From sequence record OK272472.1: a stretch of 64,000 nucleotides of DNA, one strand, 5' to 3'. Of this stretch, positions 1 through 7,935 are shown piece by piece; within the stretch, counting starts at the first letter, position 1; every line of letters begins with the position of its first letter. This DNA comes from Escherichia phage JLBYU28. The notes beneath the pieces were generated by a model. It searched no databases, was not told the DNA's origin, and saw nothing but the letters and a program-made list of their open reading frames with translations. The position numbers were made by a program, and so were the translations under genes.

Positions 1-1722
1 ATTGAGTAAAATTTACGAAATTTATATTTTTTATAAAATTTTATCGGTTGTCCCAACCTCTTGGTCACCATCATATGTGAACAAAATATCTATCCTTCTT
101 AACAACCTTCTTAATCTTACTCTCTATATATAGTTATATAGTACTATATAGTATCTTAGTATCTATCTAGTGGTCTTAATAGCCCTCTGTATAACCCTTC
201 TAACAAGCCCTCTAACAAGCCTTCTTAATAACCTATACAATCACCTTAACCATCTCTCTATACCCTCTTAGAAGCTCCTATACACCTCTTAATCTCTAGG
301 TTATCTGCGTTACTTAACAGTAACCCATTAGGTTAGCTATGTTACCCTCTATAGGTGTTCACTAGGTATTACTAAGCCTCTATATAGACTGTTTTAACAA
401 ACTTAACAGGGATATCTTTACAGACCTTATCTCACAAGGTCTAACACGGTATTAACAAGGTATCTTATAAGCCTGTTTCTACCTGTATTTTTAAAAGACT
501 GTATAGGTAATTATTCAGAATTTTAAAATTTTTATAAAATAGGACTATCAAGTCATTTTTTAGGGTCTTTGAAGGAACTCAAAAATATCTGTAGAGTTGA
601 TTCGGTAGAATCTACCTCATGATGTATATCTGCTTGGTAGCCCTTAACAGCTCCTTAACACTCCCTTTGCAGAATTTTAAAATATCCTTAACAATCTCTT
701 AACAGTTACTACATCTTCTTAACATCTCTTCAGAGGTCTTAACAGTTTCTTAACAGAACTAACAAGGCTGTAATAGTTTCTTAACAGTTGATACATAGTC
801 TTTACAGAGGCTTAACAGATGACTAACAAAAGCTAACAGGGATTGGTAACAATACCAATTAGTTAATTTTAAAGAGTTATTTTGTTAAGATAATTAACAA
901 GCTTCTAACAAGTGTTTAACCTTTTTAACAAGCTATTAACATGGTCACTATCTCTGGTCTTATCGTTCCCTTCCTTTCTTAGTGATTCCTTAAACATACC
1001 TCTTAAAAACTCTCTATAGCTCTTTATAGGCTCTTTTAAGCCTCTTCCTAGTATTTACCCCTCAACTGTATGGATAGCTCTTTATAGGGCTTTACAGGGG
1101 CTTTTAAGGCTATGCCAAAGACTCTTACAAGGCTTTTACATGGTTGTAACAGAGGTTTAACAAGGGGCTAACAAGTTGCTAACAAGTGCCTTAAAAGCAT
1201 AACTATGTAGGGTTTGTTAAGAAAATGTTAAGAAAATGTTAAGGGGGCTAGCATTTACGTAACTTTTAAGCTACTTCAAAGTAACTTTAAAACCCCTATA
1301 ACATACTTTTAAGACACTAACAAGCCCTTTTTAGTAGTTCACAAGAATACTAACGAGATAATAAAGCTTACACCCTTATAAGATTCTTTTAAGGCTCTGG
1401 GAAGCTCTATAAAGGGCTTTTTAGAGTGGGTTAATATGATTGCTTAAGTTAGGTTGATAAGGCTGTTATAGAGCTTTATAGAGCGTTTTAGTGGTTGCCC
1501 TTCCCTTTCGGGTTATGGGCTTATATTTAAGTTGATTTGATAAGAGGTTATAGAGTAGACTATAGAGTTATTGCTTTTAAGGTATGAGATAGTCTCTATC
1601 GAATCAGTGGGATAGATTCTGGGAAGGAAAGGGATTGTATAGAGACTCTTTATAGACGTAAAAAAGCCCCTATGAGAAGGAGCTTTTAAGGTATCTGGGG
1701 CTATTTAGCCCCGTTGCGTCGA
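1..1722. repeat. ORF-free AT-rich region packed with short direct repeats (TAACA[A/G]G, CTTTATAG, CTTTTAAG words)
   Basis: No ORF >=60 aa on either strand in the track; >25 copies of the TAACA core counted by eye between ~100 and ~1330; tandem 11-mer GTTAAGAAAAT x2.3 at 1216-1247; palindrome ATTGGTA-ACAA-TACCAAT at 842-859. Confidence 0.7.
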
Positions 1723-1971
1723 TTAGTTGTAACCTTGTTTATTGTAGTACAGGGAGACAATCAAGTCACCCCAGTAATGGTAATGGTGTTCATCGTTTAA
1801 TGCCTCTTTTACAGCATCTTTCCAGAAGTCATCAGTAGGATTATAATCTGGAATGACTTGCTTGATAACTGTCTTCACTAATGAAAAACACTCGTCAGTC
1901 CCACCAATATCGAATTTAACGTCCAGAGTATAACAGCCATAAGCATTGATAGTTGCGCGGATAGTTGCCAT
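1723..1971 (-). CDS. hypothetical small early protein (82 aa)
   Basis: ORF with ATG start preceded by family-A cassette and AGGAG-like SD; no recognisable domain. Confidence 0.55.
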   Translation of the reverse strand: MATIRATINAYGCYTLDVKFDIGGTDECFSLVKTVIKQVIPDYNPTDDFWKDAVKEALNDEHHYHYWGDLIVSLYYNKQGYN

Positions 1972-2037
1972 TTTAGAATCTCCTAGTTTAAGGACTTTAC
2001 TTAGTGGGGAGGTTATCCCTCCCCGTTGATTAGTAAT
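1972..2037 (-). promoter_or_regulatory. family-A promoter/leader cassette copy 1 (-10-like TAAATT, GGGGAGG/CCTCCCC hairpin 2006-2024, SD)
   Basis: Near-identical ~65-nt intergenic element repeated 6 times; read on minus strand. Confidence 0.5.
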
Positions 2038-2301
2038 TTACTGCATGTTGTTGTAAGTTGCAAGCCTTTTTTTGTTGTATTTTGTCAGAATCTCGCAAGA
2101 TAAAACATCGTACTTTTTAACTGCGTTGCCTTTGTCGAGGTCAAAGAATCCGAATGTTTTACCGTCTTTGAATCCTACAACTTCGTAGGACTCTTTGATG
2201 ATTTCACCATTGAACAAATCGCTTTCGATACGGTGGAATAATGCTACGTCTTCTTTGTCGGTTGCAATTTGTAAAAGTGTGGTTAATTCTACGTTTTCCA
2301 T
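2038..2301 (-). CDS. hypothetical small early protein (87 aa)
   Basis: ORF behind family-A cassette; no recognisable domain. Confidence 0.55.
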   Translation of the reverse strand: MENVELTTLLQIATDKEDVALFHRIESDLFNGEIIKESYEVVGFKDGKTFGFFDLDKGNAVKKYDVLSCEILTKYNKKRLATYNNMQ

Positions 2302-2369
2302 CTTGATAACTCCTAGTTTAAGGACTTTACTTAGTGGGGAAGTTCATTCCCTCCCCGTTGATTGACAAT
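2302..2369 (-). promoter_or_regulatory. family-A cassette copy 2 (TTGACG-17-TAAATT on minus strand, hairpin, SD)
   Basis: Repeat of the 1972-2037 element. Confidence 0.5.
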
Positions 2370-2900
2370 TTACAGACTTTTAAGTGTCTCGTCAATATCT
2401 TTTTCAATATCTTTTAAAGTTTTTTCTAAGTTCTTGATATTGAAGGTTAAACCTTCTCCTAGAGTCTTAGAGTAAACAGTTGGGCGTAAGTCATGCAGTT
2501 TAATTTGTTCTACATCGAAGAGGCTAACTAACTCACCATTCACAGCATAAGCCATTGATACAGTATTTTCAGGGGCTTTATAAAACTTGTTGAGTGACTT
2601 GATAGAACGCTCGTAAGCCATTTTATAACCATTTAAAAGGTCTTTAACATGGTTACGGATATTTTTACACTCATCTAAGTAAATCTCTAAGAATAACGGT
2701 AATAACTCCGCTACAGCTTGCATAAAGTGAGAGACTACAACGGTTGCAACATTACGACGATGGATATAATAAGCCCCCTTTTCTGATTTAGTGATGGTTG
2801 CAAAGTGTACACCATTACAACGAAATTCGTAAGTGTCTTTGACAGGTTTAGACATAACACTATTTGAACGAATGTAGTTGATAGCTTTAAACTTGTTCAT
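2370..2900 (-). CDS. hypothetical early protein (176 aa)
   Basis: ORF behind family-A cassette. Confidence 0.55.
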   Translation of the reverse strand: MNKFKAINYIRSNSVMSKPVKDTYEFRCNGVHFATITKSEKGAYYIHRRNVATVVVSHFMQAVAELLPLFLEIYLDECKNIRNHVKDLLNGYKMAYERSIKSLNKFYKAPENTVSMAYAVNGELVSLFDVEQIKLHDLRPTVYSKTLGEGLTFNIKNLEKTLKDIEKDIDETLKSL

Positions 2901-2975
2901 TTTGACTCTCCTAGTTTAAGGACTTTACTTAGTGGGGAAGTTCATTCCCTCCCCGTTGATTAGTAATTTACTTGT
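2901..2975 (-). promoter_or_regulatory. family-A cassette copy 3 (TTGCAA-17-TAAATT, hairpin, SD)
   Basis: Repeat of the family-A element. Confidence 0.5.
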
Positions 2976-3122
2976 TTTGATAGCTGATTGCAAGCAATTT
3001 TTTAAGCTTATCTATAAAGAATCTTTTAAGTTAATCCCTTTTAGATAAACCCCCTCGAACAAAGTTACCAATGTCAAGAGGGATTGTCAACACTTTTTTA
3101 AAAGTTTTTTGTAAGTTATTGA

Positions 3123-3464
3123 TTAACTGATGAATATTTTTTCAGGCTTTACATAGCTGATACGCTGACTTTTTAGCAGGTCATCCCAGATTAGTGCGGC
3201 AATATGAGCATAACCGGATTCACGTAGAAGCTTCATTGCTTTACTTCTCGTTTCGAAGCGGCTTGCATAGTACTCACTGTTCAGAGTCGTTTTCTTCCCT
3301 TCATTGTCTACATGAATAATCTGCATTATTTGAAAGGGGCTTACATCCTCGCCTTTATTCCATTGCTCAAAGTATTTTAGGCACTGCATAGGTGACATCT
3401 TGTCGCTTACTTGAGTTGACCAAGATGAATCCGGTTTATTGGTAATTACAGTTACATAAGCCAT
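3123..3464 (-). CDS. hypothetical early protein (113 aa)
   Basis: ORF behind family-A cassette. Confidence 0.55.
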   Translation of the reverse strand: MAYVTVITNKPDSSWSTQVSDKMSPMQCLKYFEQWNKGEDVSPFQIMQIIHVDNEGKKTTLNSEYYASRFETRSKAMKLLRESGYAHIAALIWDDLLKSQRISYVKPEKIFIS

Positions 3465-3558
3465 TTTTTGAATCTCCTAGTTTAAGGGTTTATGTAGTGG
3501 GAGGTTGTTACCCCCCCCCCCCGTTGATTGACAATTTACAAACTTTTATCAGGCTTGT
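3465..3558 (-). promoter_or_regulatory. family-A cassette copy 4, containing a C12 homopolymer (3511-3522) in place of the usual CCTCCCC arm
   Basis: Repeat alignment by eye; TAGACA-17-TAAATT on minus strand. Confidence 0.5.
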
Positions 3559-3792
3559 CTAGTCTTTTTCTATGATAATTTCATATTGACCGTCAACGCT
3601 GTCAAAATAGATTCCGTCTTCATCTTCTGTCTTAAAGTAGCATTGAATGTCGTCACTGGCGGGGTAGTCTTGTCTTGCTATCTGGCACACCTGAATAGCA
3701 TTTTCTTTACTTCCTGTAAACTCTTCAAGCCCTTTAAAGTCGCATGAATGACCGTTACAGATAGAAAGGATGAGATAAATGGTTGTCAACAT
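3559..3792 (-). CDS. hypothetical small protein (77 aa) with hydrophobic N-terminus, possibly secreted
   Basis: ORF behind family-A cassette; N-terminal MLTTIYLILSIC. Confidence 0.5.
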   Translation of the reverse strand: MLTTIYLILSICNGHSCDFKGLEEFTGSKENAIQVCQIARQDYPASDDIQCYFKTEDEDGIYFDSVDGQYEIIIEKD

Positions 3793-3855
3793 GATTTAAG
3801 CCCTCTAAATGGCCCTGTACGGGCCTTAAGTTGGAAGTTGGTGTCTTTGTACTGA

Positions 3856-4419
3856 TTAACCTAAAAAGTCTTTTAAATTGCGTTCTGTGAGGTTTGCCGT
3901 GATTTTATCCAGTAGGTCGCAATACACAGAGCAATCCCCGCTATTCTGCACAATTTTCGCCATACTTAACAAATCTTCGTCAATATCTCCTAAATTACGG
4001 TTAGCTGTATCAGGTACAAAGAAAGGCGCATATATTGCACTAAATTTCGTCGAGTGAAGGCCAACAATCCAATCCTTATCAAAGTATCCGGTAAAACTGG
4101 CGATATCGCTCATGTTGTCACAAGAATAATCGTCCTCTAGCTCTTCCTCTGGGATATCCATTTCAATGACAATCACGTCCTGCGTTTCCATTTGGAAAGC
4201 TGCCGTAATAAGTCCAGACTCTAAAGCGTTTTGAATGCAGCGTTCACGGATATAAGAATCTTCCTCATCTTCCAGACATTCCGTTTTGATAACCTTGTTC
4301 ATTGGGTAAACGTAGAAACAATCGTCCATGTAGGAGCAGTTCCAGATTCCTTCCGGCTTGTCGCCACCATTCAGCAGGTTTACAAAGTTTTTGAGGGTAG
4401 TTCCGTGATAGCATTTCAT
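3856..4419 (-). CDS. hypothetical early protein (about 187 aa)
   Basis: Track ORF 3856..4434 starts at a TTG inside the family-B cassette; the ATG at 4417-4419 with GGAGAA SD is the likely start. Confidence 0.55.
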   Translation of the reverse strand: MKCYHGTTLKNFVNLLNGGDKPEGIWNCSYMDDCFYVYPMNKVIKTECLEDEEDSYIRERCIQNALESGLITAAFQMETQDVIVIEMDIPEEELEDDYSCDNMSDIASFTGYFDKDWIVGLHSTKFSAIYAPFFVPDTANRNLGDIDEDLLSMAKIVQNSGDCSVYCDLLDKITANLTERNLKDFLG

Positions 4420-4505
4420 TTTTAAGTTCTCCAATTTAGGATTTAGTGGTAAAGCTCTTTATCTGGGGCTTACTTTATCGAACTATAAGCCCCTTGTAAA
4501 GTACT
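4420..4505 (-). promoter_or_regulatory. family-B cassette copy 1 (TTTACA-17-TAAAGT on minus strand overlapped by inverted repeat GGGGCTTA/TAAGCCCC, then GGAGAA SD)
   Basis: ~85-nt element repeated 5 times nearly identically. Confidence 0.5.
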
Positions 4506-4709
4506 TTAACGATTATTTTTGACAACTTTTAAAACTGCAAGATAACCTAAGCGATAAGAATCACCGAAGAGAGTTCTACCCATGAAAGAATCCTCTTTGA
4601 TATCCTTTGCAGTGACAGTTTTTTCTACGCCGTGGAAAAGAACTATATCCCCAACTTTGATATCTTTGATGTGAGTAGTTTCAATGGTTAAACCGTTAAT
4701 AGTAGCCAT
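4506..4709 (-). CDS. hypothetical small protein (67 aa)
   Basis: ORF behind family-A cassette. Confidence 0.5.
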   Translation of the reverse strand: MATINGLTIETTHIKDIKVGDIVLFHGVEKTVTAKDIKEDSFMGRTLFGDSYRLGYLAVLKVVKNNR

Positions 4710-4808
4710 TTTAGAATCTCCTAGTTTAAGGACTTTATTTAGTAGGGAGGTTATTGCCTCCCCGTTGATGAGTAATTTAATCTATCTAAAAATCAGTGTC
4801 AACAGTTT
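4710..4808 (-). promoter_or_regulatory. family-A cassette copy 5 (TTGACA-17-TAAATT, hairpin, SD)
   Basis: Consensus -35 hexamer present on minus strand. Confidence 0.55.
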
Positions 4809-5213
4809 TTAGAGTTCTGCATAAATTGCATCACAGATATCACGAAAATCATGATTTGTCAAATTACGTTGTAACCAAGTGGCAAAGAAATCAGCGATTG
4901 CAAAATTGGCGTCATACTCGACGGATAGCCACACTTTCACGGCAAATCGAAACATTTTTAAATCAAGCTCTTTATTCATTATCTTTGATTTGCCTAACAT
5001 GTCAATCATTTCATATTGTGCGCCGTCTAGCGTGATACCTGCTGCAACGTCAGCCAGTGAGTTTTTTACGCTTTCAACGTCTAAGATAACACTTTGAATC
5101 TTCCCAATAATGTTGTCCAAAGTTTCATCCGGTGCAGATGATGTAATAACATTAATCCGGTTAACGGTCAAACGTGCTTTTAATATTGATAATTCACGGT
5201 TATTAATAGTCAT
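4809..5213 (-). CDS. hypothetical early protein (about 134 aa)
   Basis: Track ORF 4809..5228 starts at a TTG inside the cassette; ATG at 5211-5213 is the likely start. Confidence 0.55.
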   Translation of the reverse strand: MTINNRELSILKARLTVNRINVITSSAPDETLDNIIGKIQSVILDVESVKNSLADVAAGITLDGAQYEMIDMLGKSKIMNKELDLKMFRFAVKVWLSVEYDANFAIADFFATWLQRNLTNHDFRDICDAIYAEL

Positions 5214-5299
5214 TTTTAAGTTCTCCAATTTAGGATTTAGTGGTAAAGCTCTTTATCTGGGGCTTACTTTATCGAACTATAAGCCCCTTGTAAAGTACT
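5214..5299 (-). promoter_or_regulatory. family-B cassette copy 2
   Basis: Identical to 4420-4505 over ~80 nt. Confidence 0.5.
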
Positions 5300-5572
5300 T
5301 TATACTAAATGCAGTTTTTTACCTTTTACCATGATGTAACTCGATGCACTATTGCTTTGCACATCCTGATAAATTCTGCGCAAACGGCCTTTGTAGTGTA
5401 CTTTCCAACTAGTTGGAATCTTTTTACCGTATCCGGTAGCAGTTTTTTGGAGTCCTGCGACTTGCCAATCTAAGATGTGTTGCTCAGCTTGTAAATCTTC
5501 AAAGTGCATGACACCGCCTACATAGTGACGTAGTGTGACATTTAAGGTACGACCGTTGTTAGTAGTATACAT
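5300..5572 (-). CDS. hypothetical small protein (90 aa)
   Basis: ORF behind family-A cassette. Confidence 0.5.
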   Translation of the reverse strand: MYTTNNGRTLNVTLRHYVGGVMHFEDLQAEQHILDWQVAGLQKTATGYGKKIPTSWKVHYKGRLRRIYQDVQSNSASSYIMVKGKKLHLV

Positions 5573-5662
5573 TTTTAGAATCTCCTAGTTTAAGGACTTT
5601 ATTTAGTGGGAAGGTCATTCCCTCCCCGTTGATGTGTAATTTAATCTATCTAAAAACCAGTG
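5573..5662 (-). promoter_or_regulatory. family-A cassette copy 6 (TTGACA-17-TAAATT, hairpin, SD)
   Basis: Repeat alignment by eye. Confidence 0.55.
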
Positions 5663-5995
5663 TCAAACACTTTGTTTTCGTTTGCTCAATTCTTGAACAA
5701 TTACAGCGTGATAGTCTTTTAAGTCGCTGATATTTAAAGCATTTATCAGAGAATTATAATCATCAACTAACTGAAAATCGTCTTTGAAAATGTCGCTAAT
5801 CTGATAAGTTCTTGCCCGAAATCTGAAGCTCATCTCTAGCCGCTTTAATTGCTCATCACTTAAACGCTCTAGAAAGCTCATTACAAGGTTATTGCTGACC
5901 TGTTGTGTGATTACCTTACTTGCTAGATTATAGGCGCTGTACGCCTTATATAGCGCCATAATAGCGATAATTGCAGTGATGCCTATCATTAGCAT
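5663..5995 (-). CDS. hypothetical protein (110 aa) with N-terminal transmembrane segment
   Basis: Hydrophobic N-terminus MLMIGITAIIAIMALY. Confidence 0.5.
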   Translation of the reverse strand: MLMIGITAIIAIMALYKAYSAYNLASKVITQQVSNNLVMSFLERLSDEQLKRLEMSFRFRARTYQISDIFKDDFQLVDDYNSLINALNISDLKDYHAVIVQELSKRKQSV

Positions 5996-6285
5996 GGTGC
6001 TTCCTCTTTACGTGACACTTTGCCATTTACAGTTATCTCATAAGATTCTAATAAGTCACTTTTAGACTTTACTGGACTTTTAAAAGTATCATCATAAACA
6101 TTAATTTGCAATACAGGTTTTTTATACTCCCTGCAACTATTCCATAAGCAAATCACTACACGACGGCCATTTATTTTCCCGTGTAACCATTCCATAACCT
6201 CATGAGTATTTCTTGATGTTTCAATAAAATCAATTTTGTTGAGTAATTTGCTAAGGTTTTCCCTAACTTTATTTGATAATTTCAT
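5989..6285 (-). CDS. hypothetical small protein (98 aa)
   Basis: ORF behind family-B cassette. Confidence 0.5.
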   Translation of the reverse strand: MKLSNKVRENLSKLLNKIDFIETSRNTHEVMEWLHGKINGRRVVICLWNSCREYKKPVLQINVYDDTFKSPVKSKSDLLESYEITVNGKVSRKEEAPC

Positions 6286-6373
6286 TTTTGAATCTCCAGT
6301 TTAGGATTGAGTGGTAAAACTCTTTATCTGGGGCTTAAGGTATCAGCTTTTAAGCCCCTTGTAAAGTACTTTA
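6286..6373 (-). promoter_or_regulatory. family-B cassette copy 3 (diverged loop)
   Basis: Repeat alignment by eye. Confidence 0.45.
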
Positions 6374-6664
6374 TTACTTAATTTTCAGCTTTGCATAACT
6401 TCTCATTGTACGAATGGGGGATGTTAATGCTACGCGTCTAATGTATGCCTTTTTCGTGTATACATTTGTCTTCCCGATAGTGTTTACACATGTAAAAAGG
6501 TTTATCGGTGAATTTTTTAACTTCAACTGTTTATCAACCTTCACGCCCCACCTTACAGCAGATTGTTTTCCATTGTCAACCACTTTCCCGCATAACTTTT
6601 TAGCCATAACGCGAGCGTCATCACGAGTCTTTGCAGTAATTACAACGTTTTTAATAATAGCCAT
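6374..6664 (-). CDS. hypothetical basic small protein (96 aa)
   Basis: ORF behind family-B cassette. Confidence 0.5.
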   Translation of the reverse strand: MAIIKNVVITAKTRDDARVMAKKLCGKVVDNGKQSAVRWGVKVDKQLKLKNSPINLFTCVNTIGKTNVYTKKAYIRRVALTSPIRTMRSYAKLKIK

Positions 6665-6752
6665 CTTTGAATCTCCAATTTAGGATTGAGTGGTAAAGCT
6701 CTTTATCTGGGGCTTACTTTATCGAACTATAAGCCCCTTGTAAAGTACTTTA
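6665..6752 (-). promoter_or_regulatory. family-B cassette copy 4
   Basis: Repeat alignment by eye. Confidence 0.5.
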
Positions 6753-7133
6753 TCAGTTAATTTTGAAGATAGTTACATAACCATCGCTACCAATGATTTG
6801 CGACACTCCCGCTTTTTCTACTGAATAGCCCATATTTTCAAGATGATAAACAGCATCATCATAACCATATGCGCCACCCTGATAACGTCTTTTGTCGCAG
6901 CTTATCAGTTTTTTCCCACGTCCTGCAAGTGCATTCAGTACAGCTTTTTCACTTGATAGCGTACCATCTAACATGGTTGCCGTGTAATGGTTGATTCTGT
7001 TCCCGTTAATATCATACTTAAAATTGAATGCGTGAACAACGATAATGTTACCTTTAAAATTTTCATCAAGTGACTTCTCCAGTGCGTTGCGAAAGTTGTC
7101 TTTGTTGATGAATTTAGGTGCACGATATGCCAT
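6753..7133 (-). CDS. hypothetical protein (126 aa)
   Basis: ORF behind family-B cassette. Confidence 0.5.
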   Translation of the reverse strand: MAYRAPKFINKDNFRNALEKSLDENFKGNIIVVHAFNFKYDINGNRINHYTATMLDGTLSSEKAVLNALAGRGKKLISCDKRRYQGGAYGYDDAVYHLENMGYSVEKAGVSQIIGSDGYVTIFKIN

Positions 7134-7222
7134 TTTTGAATCTCCTAGTTTAAGGTTAGCTAATAAAACTCTTTATCTGGGGCTTACTTTATCGAACTAT
7201 AAGCCCCTTGTAAAGTACTTTA
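7134..7222 (-). promoter_or_regulatory. family-B cassette copy 5
   Basis: Repeat alignment by eye. Confidence 0.5.
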
Positions 7223-7429
7223 TTAGATATCGTAGTAATAAACTGCTGTCTGTCTTATGTGCTTTCTTGTATTTCTTGTAAGGTAGCAATTAGAATTAAT
7301 AGCCGTCTCTACATAGTTGCAGTAGTCAGCTTCTGATATTCTGGACCATGCGCCACATACTTGCATGTAAAAACGTTTTACCTTTGTGTTAACGTTAGTT
7401 GTAACCATCAATTCACGACTATAAAGCAT
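7223..7429 (-). CDS. hypothetical small protein (68 aa), first gene of the early array
   Basis: ORF; upstream on minus strand is TTGACT-17-TAATAT (about 7475-7503). Confidence 0.5.
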   Translation of the reverse strand: MLYSRELMVTTNVNTKVKRFYMQVCGAWSRISEADYCNYVETAINSNCYLTRNTRKHIRQTAVYYYDI

Positions 7430-7659
7430 TTTCGATTCTCCAGTTTAGGCAGTGGGCTTGCTTGCCCGTCTGATGCAAATATTAGATAACCATACTCAAA
7501 GAGTCAATAGGAATTTTAAAAATATTTTTGGCAAAAATGTAATGAAACGGGTGCGCGCGACTACCACAAAACAGAACTACAATCAAGAATTATTTTTCAA
7601 TCCGCTACAAATTTTTCTGTTGACTTTTATTTCCAGATGTGGTAGCCTTGTGAGAAATG

Positions 7660-7870
7660 GCGACATCCCCACCTGCACCCACCTACCTGCACAATTCTAA
7701 AATGATTTTTCTTGCCCGACCTGAGCGGGGTCTGCACGTTTTGAAAATGAAAAAGCTCTTTGGAGATTACCTGCACAGTTTGAAAATGAATTTTCTCTTT
7801 GGAGTTCAAAATTTTCTCTACAGATTTCTGTCCAGAACTCTACCTGCACAATCCTGAAATGAAAAAGCCC
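7660..7870. repeat. array of 4-5 degenerate direct repeats, consensus about CCTGCACA-N6-GAAAATGAA
   Basis: Repeat units begin near 7686, 7732, 7770, 7842; the track ORFs across this stretch owe their recurring LHxxKM peptides to the DNA repeat. Confidence 0.55.
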
Positions 7871-7935
7871 TCCTTACCTGAAAAATTTACCAGATAAGAA
7901 AGGCTTAGTCTATTGTGAATATTCTACAGAGTTTC

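Noticed and set aside
1-1722. tRNA gene cluster in the ORF-free region
   Set aside because: No GTTCGAATC/GTTCAAATC-type T-loop or cloverleaf-compatible segment found by eye; the region is built of short AT-rich words, not ~75-nt structured units.
4231-4425. Antisense or embedded ORFs inside larger genes (e.g. 4231..4425 +, 12303..12524 +, 18059..18586 +, 28054..28662 -, 58540..58845 +)
   Set aside because: Each lies within a longer ORF carrying recognisable motifs or cassette-driven starts and lacks its own start context; treated as six-frame noise.
3856-5228. Shared MENLKM N-terminus of two early proteins as evidence of paralogy
   Set aside because: The shared hexapeptide comes from the track starting at a TTG inside the repeated family-B cassette; the ATG six codons downstream with a GGAGAA SD is the likely start, and the proteins are otherwise unrelated.
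7657-7857. Plus-strand ORFs 7452..7700, 7657..7857 and minus ORF 7627..7809 as protein-coding genes
   Set aside because: They overlap one another and their apparent peptide repeats (LHxxKM) are a direct consequence of the DNA repeat array; no SD or cassette precedes them.
7660-7870. CRISPR array
   Set aside because: Repeats are about 22 nt, degenerate and irregularly spaced, with no cas genes; inconsistent with CRISPR architecture.
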